Made by a program: the position numbers and the translations under genes
Shown: positions 47,101 to 57,744 of the stretch, in pieces
Position numbering within the stretch: the stretch's first letter is position 1
Layout of the letters: each line of letters opens with the position of its first letter
Source: Cyanophora paradoxa CCMP329
Lineage: Eukaryota > Plantae > Glaucophyta
Assembly: GCA_004431415.1 (NCBI GenBank)
Contig: QPMI01000116.1
Location: forward strand, 201,662-265,661
Direction: 5' to 3'
DNA: 64,000 nucleotides
The notes under the pieces: model-generated
What the model was told of the DNA's origin: nothing
Seen by the model: only the letters and a program-made list of their open reading frames with translations
Databases searched by the model: none

Positions 47101-50100
47101 GAGCCGCCCGCGAAAGCAGAGTCCGGAAGAGGCATATCGAAGGACTGAGGCGGGTTGTTGCTCGGAGCAGCCGTCGGCTGGCACGCGCAAGGGCCCGATG
47201 CGGGCTTCACGCAATTCGCGCCGAGCCTGAGAAGGCCCGCAGCGCCGCGGGTCCCCCACTCCGACTGGCGGACGGGGACGGGCGCGGGGCACGAGACGCC
47301 ACTCTCGGTGCGGATCGCCTCGACCTCGACCTCGGACCCCGCCGCGGCCCCCGAGATGCTCCAGCGGCACCTGAAGGAAACAGTTATATAATTAGAGCGC
47401 CCTTGGAAGGAAGGGAAGCAATGCGGGCGCTCGGACCTGGCTTCCTTGGGCAGGCCGCCGAGGTTCTTGCCTACAAGGCGGATCGCGGAGGGCGACGAAA
47501 CCACCATCCAGCCGCGGGACGGCGAGATGTGTGCGGCGTCCGGGTAGTTGTAGTACGAAAGCGACCGCGGATTCTCCGCCGCCTCGCGCCCGTCCGGGAA
47601 GTAGGTCAGAGTCTGCTCGTACGGGTCCGTTGCGCCCTTCCGAGGCAGGCTGAACGCGAAGGAGCAGCCGTCCTGGCTGAAGTTCGTGGGCCGCACCCTC
47701 AAATCGCCGACCTGGACGAACGCGTTCCCGTCCGCCTGGATCAGACCGGAGCCGAAGACAGTGACAGAGGTGGAGCCGGCGCCAAAGGCAGGGGCCGAGG
47801 CGGGGACGATCGCCGCCAGCGCGCCGACGCCGTCGCGGTAGGTGTACGTGACGGGCGTCGTGTGGAAGGTGTGGACGGCCTGCACGCCGAGGGCGACCTT
47901 GTGGGCGACGCGAGTGAACTCGACGACGACGGACACGGCGCCCGTCGTGGGGCTCAGCGGGGCGGTGCAGAGGACGGCGTGGAGGTCGTCTGGGCTGCGG
48001 ACGAGCCTCGCAGCGACGCGCATGCCGTCGAACAGGCAGGCCAGGTCCTCGGTCTGGGATCGTGTCAACAGAGCTCGAGGCGAGGCGGGAGCAGAGAAAA
48101 GCAACGCGGACCGCGAGGAAGTTCGTGCCGCGAATGGTGAGGGTCACGGGGCTGCGGCGGTTGCCCGAGGTGGGGAAGAGGGGGTTGGACGCCGCCAGGA
48201 CGGGCCTGCAGGCCGTGTTGTCCCCTCCGCACACGTTGCAAGCGTCGTACGTCTTCCCGTCGATGGCGCCGTCGCAACCCTTGCAGGTGGTCCCGTCGCC
48301 GCCGCACACGCCCTGCTCGACAGCGTCAGCGGCAGCCGTCGACAGATCAGACGAGCCCGACACGCACGCATTCGTCCCTGCGAAGGCCGCCGTTGACGAC
48401 GCCGGCGCAGTCGACGCAGGCGTTGCTCCCGCCGCATGTGCCGCAGCGATCGTGGCTGGGGCACGGGTCCGCGTCGCTAGCGAGGATCCCTCGGCGCGCG
48501 GGGGTCGACCAGAGCGCGTCAACCGTGAAATTGGCGACGGCGAGGCGCCGCGAGTTCATCACAGCGGCGTACAGTAGCGTCGCGCCTGCGGAACCATACA
48601 TCAGCGACGCCGCTCGCTCCTCTGTGTGGGACGTCGACGTTACGTTGCGGAACGCACCGCGCGTGGGGAAGTAGTAGACGAAGTCCGACTGGAAGCGGCA
48701 GTCGCCGGTGCGCTGGATGCTTGACGAGCGCACGGTGAAGTTCACCGAGGGGAAGGTCAGCGCCACATCGAAGGGGCCGGTGCCAGCCCACGACACGGAG
48801 ATGGTGGTGTTCTCGCCAACGATGACGGCCGCGGGCGCCACGCTGACGGAGACGGACGTCGGCTCGGCGCCAGCAACGTCGAAGTCGAGTGAACCCTGCG
48901 CCGCGCCCCACGCGGACGTCACAGTGACCGTCACACGCTTCGGGCCGCCGTCCTGCAGGGGTGTCAGCAAGAATTGAGAGGGGGCTGCTCGCCTAAATTA
49001 AACGCGGCACCGTGAACTTGTGCGTGACGACGGGAGTGGCGCCCGTGCTCTTCGAGGCGGTCGAGTCCGCGGCGGCCCTCTTGCAGAGCCACCGCTCTCC
49101 GTCGACGGCGACCGACTCGATCGTCCACTCGAACGCGAACGGGCCGTTGCCCGACTCGACATCTGCCGAGAAATCGACCGGAACGCCCTCGACCGGCGAC
49201 GAGAAGTTGACGGCCCCATACAAGATGCGAATCTTCGGCGTGGAGGGCGGTGCGCCGTTGACGGCAAGCACAAACTCGCTGCTCGCGTTGCCGGCGGGGT
49301 TGAACGCTTGCACACGGATGGCGCGGCTGCCCGGCGACGACGGTGTGAACTGCACCTCCTGGCCCCACATCTCCCGGACCGTCGTGTTGGTGTACGTGTC
49401 GGTGATCGCGAACCCGTCTCCCGCGCTCAGCGCCGTCCAGAGGAACGTCATCGGGTCGTCCCCCTCCGCGAAAGCCATCGCCTTTATCGGACGGCCCGCG
49501 ACCGGCGTGCCCTCCGTCTTGATGGAGATCTCGGAGGGGAAAGAAGGCAGAACTTCAATGGGGATAACCATCGACGAGTTGCCTTCCGGCGAGTGCGCCT
49601 TCACAGTGATGTTCAGCTTGCCGTAGGCAAGGAAAGAGTGCACGCCACTGCTGGCTGCCATGAACTGGGCGAGAAAACGCAGTCAGAAGAGCGGGTCGGC
49701 ATTGCGATTCAAACGAAGAAAGGCACCTCCTCAGCAGCGACCATCTCTCCCCAATCCACCTGGAGCGACACGAATCAACAAACGGTCCATGGCCGAACAA
49801 GCTTTTAAGACAGTCTCACCCAGTACTGTACAGGCCCGCAGCCGGCCGTGCGCGACGCGGAGACCGACACGTTCTGGCCCGTGCGAACCGTCGTGCTCGA
49901 GACGTTGGCGGTGAGCCCGCGCGGCGGGCCCGCGATGGACGTCACGTAGAAGACGGCGCTCGACTCGCCCGCGCTGTTCGTCGCAGTGACGCGGACCTCG
50001 AAGGTGCCCGTCGCGGCGTACGACTTCTGCAGGACCGGCCACGCCTGCGCGCCGGTCACGGCCCTTGTCTCGGCCGCCGAGCCGTCGCCGAACGCGACGC

Positions 50101-53100
50101 GAAGCGTGACAGGGTACGCGATGGACGCATTTGCGCTCGTGCCAAAGCTGAACGACGCCGGCGTCTCACTGCACGCCTCGACCAGGTCCGGCCCCGTCAC
50201 CGTCACGCCCGTCGCCAGCCCGACCAGCACCTTGGCCTGGCGCAGACGCTTCAGACGGGACGGGAGCGCTCGGGCGCGAAGCGCGGCGCTCACCGTCGCG
50301 AGGACTTCGGGGCTGGTGGAGCTGAGCGCCGGCGGCTTCACGAGCGTCTCCGTGTAGGCTCCCGGCAGCAGGTTCGTCGCCGTTGTAGCCGCGGTTGCAG
50401 CCCGGTCTGTCGTGGCGTTAGAGACGGCCGACAGATCTGTGCAGACCCATTTGAACGCACTCTTGCTTTCGACGGTGAAGAACGCGTAAGTTGCGTCCTG
50501 CACGGTAGGATCCTGCGCGTTCGGCTTGGACGCCTGCAGGATCACTGTGGCAACGCCCGCGCTTGTGAACATGAAGGTCGCAGTCTGGCCTTGGGCCGTC
50601 GCGCCGCCGATGTCCAGCTCCTGTTGCTCGGTCAGAGTGGAGCGCGCGTAGATTAGGAAAATGCGCACCCAGAAGAACGAGTAGCCGGCGAACTTGGTCG
50701 CATCAAACTTGGCGGTGAACGTAACCGGTTCGCCGACGGTGGGCTCGCGCGTGGGCGCCTCGATCCACAGGTCGCTCGTCGTCTGCTTAAGGCTGCGGGC
50801 GCGCGCTGGCGAGGGCGGAAGCTTGACGTCTTCTCCGTCCGGCAACTCCAGCACGTGCCTCCGGGAGTCCGAGAACGGCGTTGTAACGGGCCAGCATGTG
50901 CCGTAGCCGTTCGTGGAAGACCACCCGAATGTCACCGTGTAGGGAGTCTGCGCCACAAAGGCGTTGTCCTCCGAATTTCTGTTCGCGTAATCTGCAGATC
51001 ACGAGTCAGAGGAGGTTGCAAGGGGCCAGCCGACATTGCACACCGATGCACACGCGAACGTCGTAGGCCCTCCCGGCCCACTGCTCGATTTGAATGTATT
51101 TCTTGTCCGGGAAGCCGCCCTTGACCTGGGCCATGGAACGACTTCAGAGAGCAGACGCAATACAAACGCCGGAAACTCGCACCTGGAACGAGGTGGTGCA
51201 TGTGGTTCCTGCCGGGCACCCCGCAAGAGATCTCGAGGTGCCGGCAGACGGGCCCATCAGCTGAGGGTTCTCGGCATCGGCTCGGCAATCGTAGAAGGAC
51301 CAATAGTAGCCTTGCCACTGACTACACTTGTACATGAAGAAGACTTTGATGCCGGATTGAGTATACGCAAAGGACCCAGGATTTTGCGAATAGGTGACAG
51401 TCACCCAAGTCCCTTCACGGGGGATCCGAGTCAGGAACGAAGGCCGGCCGGTGACAGAAGAGACGCACCAGTGTTGATAGACGTGGTCGAGATTGCCGTA
51501 ACTTGAATGGAGCTCGCTTTGCGGGGGTCAGATTTGTGCTTCAAAAATAGAGACTGTATGAAACGAACGGGTTGGTTTCAGAAGCAGGTAGTCCAGAGTC
51601 GCTGACTGGATGGCTTGTCCGTAGGAAGTCATTTCAACGCGGAGCTGCCGTCACTCGTCGATAAATTTTAAACAAACATAAAGTTTAGTGGAAACAATTG
51701 CAAGTTTCACCTTCACGGACTTGATTTGCGGTGCAAGCAAGTTAAATTGCCACCTGAAATGGTTCATGAAGGGGCACTGGGCCGCAAGCAGTCCAAACTG
51801 GAAGGCGTAGGATCCGCCCTTCTTCCCGTCTGTGCTCTGCGACGGGATGGTGCATGTTTCCGCCGTGTTGGCGGCGTTCGTCACGACGAGCCGGTACTCC
51901 ATGTTTGCTGCGCATGCGGAGTCCGCGGTCAACGTCAGATCTAGAGGCGATGTTTAATTTGGGCCGGTGACACGCACTCTCGCAGTGGTCAGAGAGCCAG
52001 GATACCGTGTACGGCCTGTGCGGGAGCATGCCTTGTCCGTTGATGGAGAAGGACCAGAAGGACCACGAGTAGGGCTCCGTGTTGGCCGCGCCCCTGAAGA
52101 CGAGCGGCGGCGCCGACCGCTTCTTGACCCTCGTGAGCGAAACCGTGATAGTGTTCGTGGAGTACGTGGCCGCCTGGTACACGGTCGTGACTCGCAGCTG
52201 TCGACGGTGCGGAAGGCGTGAGGAACGCGCGGCGGGGTCCTCGCGATCGGTTGCGGGCAGAGCGCACCGAGATGGCCTTGTTCTGGGTGCACTGAGGGAT
52301 GTTGTCGAGAACGGGGCACGCGAGGGCGGCGCTTCCCCAGTCCAGCTCTCGCGAGTAGGGCGACGGGTGGAAATACGACTGCGAGATGGAGCACTTGGAG
52401 GAAGGGTTCGACGGGTCCCAGAATTCGATCGTGAATTGCGTCGTCTCTGAAAGGGCGTTCAGAATGGAGGGGAAAGGAAGGCGCGCCCGGTGCGCTCACG
52501 GCCGCATTTCCGCTCGTTCCGCCAGGAGATCCTGATGGGGTCGTCCGCGAAGATTGGCATCTCCGCCGGTGGTATCTCGTTGAGAACCAGCTTCGGTACT
52601 GCACGAGACACACTCTCGAAAAAAGAATGAAGGCACTAGAAGGCTCGAAGCGCACCGTCACGCAAGCCAAGTCGGATTGGGAACGAGGCCGACCTCACGC
52701 CGTCGATGTCGTTCGCGTTGGAAGGCGCCAGCGTCGCCCGTAGCTGGTGGTTGATGAAGCCGCCGCACGCGATACGGCCGACGCTCGCCAGGGCCGGCAC
52801 GGTCCACGTGCGAGAGTCGTCGACGAGGACCGAGGCACCTTCGGTTCTCGACTTGAACATGACCGAGTTCTCGGTGCGTACAACTTGCAGCGGGTCGCCC
52901 GACATGAGATGAAAATTCAGCGCGGTGTACGCGAAGGAAGCCCAGAAGGTGCCGACGTAGCGCGCGCTGATTTGGTCGCCGATTTCGAGCACCGCTGTTG
53001 CCGACGCGGACGACGACAGAGACAGCTCCGTCACTGGGAAGAATTCGAAAGCACGATCAGGCACGGCGGGTGCGCGGGCCGGGCGCGGGGCTTTGCGCTC

Positions 53101-54716
53101 ACGTGGCCTGCGGCCGACTTGGACGGAGGTCTGCACGACAGTATCCTGAGTGTCCACATTTTGAAGTTTGTTGGCGTACTGAATCTTGATCTGAGAGCCA
53201 GGAGGTCATGGAAACGTCAACGGCTGCACACAGCTGCAGTTCTCATGAGGAAATGGAAGTATCGCACGGTGTACGTCGCCGAGCTTCCCGCGCTGATCGA
53301 GTTCACTATTGATGCAACGGAAAATACCAGCCGACCACCTAAGCCGAGCTTGTAAGCAAACTCCGAGGCTCTCATATTTGAGCCGCGCTTGCGCGCGTTC
53401 ACCCGCAGTGGAGGCGGAAAAAGAGTCCAGCGCGGGCTGGCCCGCGCCCCCGGGAGGGGCCAGCGTCGCCACCAGCTGGTCCGCGGCGTTACGAACCTCG
53501 ATGGCGTAGCTCTGGTAGCCCCCTGTTGCGACGCTCAATGCGGCACGGGCGGCCCCCGAATCAGGAGGAAGCACGCACGGAACACTCCATAGGTCTCCGA
53601 CGTCCACACCAGCTCCATCTTGGCCCCGTTCCAGTACGTGTTGCTCGAGAAGAGCGGCACAGGCGGCTGTGCTCCAAGCCCGATGGTGAGCCTGCCCGGG
53701 TTTCGCGTCAGCCAGCTGCAGTGCGCGCCTTCAGAGAATCGGGGATCCGGACTTGTTGCGGGGGAGCGCGATGATCTTCACGCCAGTCAGATCCTTCACG
53801 GTGCTGTCGTCTTTGCGCATGACACGGACGAAGAAGTTGCCTGTGACGGGAACGTTGCCCAAAGAACCTGCCGCGGTCCGCCTCAGCGATTCGCCGGATG
53901 GTAGGAGGATACGCGCGCGCCTGGGATGGTCCACGTCACGCTCTGCTCCCTGAACGCCACGGCGACCGCGACGGGATCCTGAATCCCGGCGCGCACGGAG
54001 CCGTCAGGGTTGAGCAGATCGACCTGGACGTCGCCGATCGCCGAGCTCTGCGCGGCGCGGCGTGTCGGAGCTGCTCTGGCTCGGGATCGGAGAAAGAAAT
54101 CGCGCACGATCCAAGTGACCGTCAGCGACTCGAATTCGACGTACTCCGGGAGTGGCGGGTCGAGCACGTTGATGTACTTGCCTGCGGGAAAGGCGTCAGG
54201 CGGAGTTTGGAGACGACTGATTCCCCTTCATGATCAGCTTGGCCTCACCGCTGGGCGTCCAGTCCATCTGCAGACTCATGATCGCGTGGATGCCCGTGTG
54301 CTCGTATAGGTTTTCGGCCAGGAAAGCGTAGCTGAACGATTTCTTCGGGTACCACTGCGCAGATCTCAGTGCCGAGCGGTTTTTTCCCCACGCTGGCCGA
54401 CGCACGGCGAGAAGGGCGAGATCCTTGACGACCCACGCGTCGACCCAAAAGATCGAGAGGAGAGCGTCTCGCTCGTTGCCGGCCGGACGCACGTCGATTA
54501 TGATCTGGACTCGCAGTTCGGCCATACGGTCGGCGCCAAAAAGCGGAGGAAGAAGAGCGCACGTCGCGAACGTCCATGTAAGCGCGAAGACGCGGGCCGC
54601 GGAAGTACGGCGTCGCGGCGGTCGGGGGATACCTGCACGGCCGGTCGCGGGTGCCGACAAGGACTGCAAGATAGAGAGTCGCAGCGCACCAGACATTCAC
54701 AGCAGGGTCGCTGCCG
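32169..54716 (-). CDS. Giant single-pass cell-surface protein (PKD, Cys-rich, IPT/TIG, REJ, invasin/filamin-like Ig repeats, Ser-Pro stalk, SEA-like, TM); 5' part interrupted by the viral insertion
   Basis: A continuous chain of minus-strand exons separated by short introns. PKD-like motifs ([27 protein letters not shown]; [21 protein letters not shown]) lie at 48.5-50.9 kb and DxCGVCGGD-type Cys repeats at ~48.2-48.5 kb. IPT/TIG repeats ([18 protein letters not shown]; VTLYGSNF) lie at 45-48 kb and 34-36 kb, a REJ-like region ([35 protein letters not shown]) at 41.5-42.7 kb, and Ig repeats with RDRFGN motifs at 39-45 kb. The TM is [27 protein letters not shown] at ~32.55 kb; stop at 32169. 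Confidence 0.75.
37756..38990 (-). repeat. Coding minisatellite: ~27 units of 42/54 bp encoding (SP)5-7-TETP
   Basis: ORF 37636..39222 translates to [14 protein letters not shown] repeats. The DNA unit on the + strand is CTCGGCGTCTCCGTCGGCGAGGGGCTGGGCGACGGGCTCGGG. Confidence 0.95.
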
Positions 54717-54999
54717 ACACATAGTAAAATGCGGAGTTTTAACCCTCGGCTTATCTTAATTGATTTTGTTGATATATCTCGTATATTCTATTTCAATCAA
54801 TCGATAATCTGTGTATATCTTATCGAATATTCATTTATTTCGATTATTTTGTATTCTTTTCGATATTTTATCGTAAATTTCTCTTATTTTCCGATTAGTC
54901 TTACTGAGTCTATCGATAATCTGTATATATTTCCGAATAATATAACTGAATCTCAATTAGATCTTGCCTCTGGTTAAAACTCCGCATTTTACTATGTGT
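54717..54999. repeat. Perfect 28-bp inverted repeat at the element terminus
   Basis: ACACATAGTAAAATGCGGAGTTTTAACC (54717-54744) and GGTTAAAACTCCGCATTTTACTATGTGT (54972-54999). Confidence 0.95.
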
Positions 55000-55251
55000 G
55001 ATTGGTCTAAAAGTTAATTGATTTAATCGATATTATATTCATGTACTTTCTCGATTAAATTTAATTAAATTTAATTCATTTAATCGGAAACATATCGCTA
55101 AACTCGATTAAGATCCATAAAAGATTCATTTGTTAAATAAAACAAATAGATCTCTTATTGAATCCAATCGTAATTATACATGAAATTGATATGTTATTAT
55201 CATGTTTTAATGAGTCTAAGGGGGGACCCTTAGGATTTTTGAAATAATTGG

Positions 55252-55342
55252 GTGTCACAGGTGTCACAGGTCCATCCCATCGAAAGGGAAAATCACTCTT
55301 TATAGGGCTTGAGCTGGGATAAACCTGTGACACCTGTGACAC
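55252..55342. repeat. Perfect 20-bp inverted repeat built from tandem GTGTCACAG units (ori-like)
   Basis: GTGTCACAGGTGTCACAGGT (55252-55271) and ACCTGTGACACCTGTGACAC (55323-55342), with a 51-bp spacer. Confidence 0.9.
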
Positions 55343-55777
55343 ATACCATATTCAGTAAGGACCTCTTATATTGTGAAAATCTCAGTGTTAGTTGGTGTAG
55401 TTGATTCAAAAAATGCATTTTATACTCTGATTCATTGTTATTTCCTGTGAAATTTGAGTCAACTCAACCCACTTAGTCAACCCTTGCATTGAATTCGTAA
55501 CAAAATCCATATACTATTACTACTTTTACGATTAATATGAGTCAACCTTGAGTCCACTTTAATATAAATATTATATAATAGGGGGAATCAAGGGGAGATG
55601 CTTATAAACATATGAATTATTGAGCCTATGATACTTACATCGTCAGGCAGGCCTCGTTAAGAGGATTCCGAATCTGTTTTTGGTTTTGTCACATGATGAG
55701 TTGGTGAAGAGATACATGCATTTTAGTGTTTTGTATGTGGTTTAATGATATGATGTCATAATGCATGGGTTTTCGTC

Positions 55778-55876
55778 AACAGTTAAATGAACAGTTAAGT
55801 GGACACCGTTTCACGATAAACGAGTAGACACTGCCTACTCCCAACAGGTGTCCACTTAACTGTTCACTTAATTGTT
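55778..55876. repeat. 30-bp inverted repeat (28/30 match) whose loop holds two mini-hairpins
   Basis: AACAGTTAAATGAACAGTTAAGTGGACACC pairs with GGTGTCCACTTAACTGTTCACTTAATTGTT. The loop contains GTTT..AAAC and GAGTAG..CTACTC. Confidence 0.9.
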
Positions 55877-56355
55877 CGCAATTTGCTTCATTGTCTTTCA
55901 ATAGCTTTCCCGCATATCTTGTTTTCAATTGTTGTTGCAGTACACTATTACAATAGTTGTCTCGTTAACTGTTCACTTATCTGTTCGCTGCGGAAAAAAG
56001 ACGATGACGGACGTGTTATGTTACGAAATGATGTCATAATGACGATGCATATGTATATGATATATATGACACACCATCGAACTCGGGAGATCATGACGAT
56101 CACGGCGATATATATATGTTATGTGTTTATGATACATCATTATTACATCATTATGATGCATCATTCCGAAATCTCGAAAAATCGATAATCGGCATCTTCA
56201 AACGCTTGTATCTCATCACCAGATTATCAAATCGCAACGTTCTGCATATCGCTGTGAAGCGCTTGAAAAGATCTACAAGACAATGTGTATATCATATGCA
56301 TATATGTATATCAGTCATACATATATTTGGAAAAAACGAGTTTTCGGCTAGCAAA

Positions 56356-57741
56356 CTAGCTAGTTTTGGTCCTCTCTCTTAGTGTTCTTTGAGGTTTAGG
56401 GGCTGTATATGACTCCTTAGTAGTCTGAAAGTCACTATACCATCTCTGGCTATTCACTTCTGAAAGTTTCTGTGTGCCTGCTATGGTGAGCTTTTTGAGT
56501 TCCCTATTAACTTTCCCAGCCTTCTCCTTCCTAGCCTCTATCAAAGGCTTATCTGGGACTTCATTAGCAGCTTCTATGCCTTCTCTCCTTATAGCAGCAT
56601 CAACCCTAGCTTCCTCTTTAGCTTGCTCTAAGGCATCTACTGTAGGGGTTTCCAGATACTCAACTGCATTCACAGGCAACAGCTCATGGAAAGCAAACCT
56701 GTTATCTATGATCTCTCCAGTGGGACTCTTTAGCTTAAACTTAAAGCCTTCCCTACTATCAACAGTGTAAACCATCCTAGACCAATTGTTACCCTGTTTA
56801 GCAAAGGGGTTCTTCTCTACTTTCACTCTAACAAACATGCCAGGCTGCATGGTATCAAGATAAGCTATTGATTTCTTGAATCTTTCATCTTCTAATCCTA
56901 CTATATACCTATAATGCTCCTCTGTAGTTTCACCTGGCTTCATCTTAGTAGCTGAGTGAACTGTATTATTGTAATTAAACTCAATATCACCCAACACATC
57001 AAAGAATCTAGCTGTGTTATTAGCTATGCAGTAGTTTGTGATCAATCTCTTAATCTGCTTGTTAAAGGCTTCAATTCGACCTTGGCTCCTATGGTCTGCA
57101 GTTCCACTCACTTGGTGTTCTATGTATTTACTAGATAAATACTCCTGGAATATTCGATTTTGGAATTCACTCCCAGCATCTGATTGAACTTTTACTATGG
57201 GTCTTGCTACTCTCATCTCAAGCTGTTTAAATGCAGCTAATGTAGTGAGAGCTGATTTATCCCTTATAGGTATGATATACCCAGTTCTCAGTGTTGATTC
57301 CATTGCAGTCATAAAGGTATCATAGCCATTGTTTTGTTTCTTATAAGCTGGGAAAAAGAGCAAATCAATCACATAGGTATCAAGGGGTTGCCTTATTGGA
57401 ACCATGGGATCTCTCTTTCTAGATATAGCAGGTGCATTGATCTGAACTACCTCTTGCTTTTTATAGAACTCTTGCAACTGCTTGTAGGATTCATCTGGTA
57501 ACTCAGCCCTCATAGCTTGAAGCCCTTTGTAACCAGTTCTCACATCATAGAATCTCTTGGCAATCTTGCTAGTTTCTTTCACTGCAATAGCAACTGGGAT
57601 CTCTACTGGGACAAGCTCTTTCATTTCAGACTTTTTAACAATTCGAGATTCCCCCTTTTCCTCCTTTGGAACTGTGATAGGCAGTAGGTTACCTTGCAGT
57701 TGCTCAGTGGTTCTCCTAACTATTCTTCCAGTTGCTGGCAT
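56356..57741 (-). CDS. Retroviral-type (rve) DDE integrase, Polinton-like
   Basis: Intact 461-aa ORF with the triad YVIDLL / VQSDAGSEF / GRIEAFNK, plus YNNTVHSATKMKP and the Polinton-type C-terminal G..VRV......F.K....WS...Y.V......EL motif. No chromodomain is apparent. Confidence 0.92.
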   Translation of the reverse strand: MPATGRIVRRTTEQLQGNLLPITVPKEEKGESRIVKKSEMKELVPVEIPVAIAVKETSKIAKRFYDVRTGYKGLQAMRAELPDESYKQLQEFYKKQEVVQINAPAISRKRDPMVPIRQPLDTYVIDLLFFPAYKKQNNGYDTFMTAMESTLRTGYIIPIRDKSALTTLAAFKQLEMRVARPIVKVQSDAGSEFQNRIFQEYLSSKYIEHQVSGTADHRSQGRIEAFNKQIKRLITNYCIANNTARFFDVLGDIEFNYNNTVHSATKMKPGETTEEHYRYIVGLEDERFKKSIAYLDTMQPGMFVRVKVEKNPFAKQGNNWSRMVYTVDSREGFKFKLKSPTGEIIDNRFAFHELLPVNAVEYLETPTVDALEQAKEEARVDAAIRREGIEAANEVPDKPLIEARKEKAGKVNRELKKLTIAGTQKLSEVNSQRWYSDFQTTKESYTAPKPQRTLRERTKTS

Positions 57742-57744
57742 CTC

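Noticed and set aside
32415-54724. Numerous plus-strand ORFs opposite the giant gene
   Set aside because: Antisense shadows. The recognisable domains and GT-AG introns are all on the minus strand.
54729-56382. Short ORFs in the viral terminal region (54729, 55133, 55883, 56116)
   Set aside because: Low-complexity AT-rich translations that overlap inverted repeats and lack the element's upstream motif. Likely non-coding.
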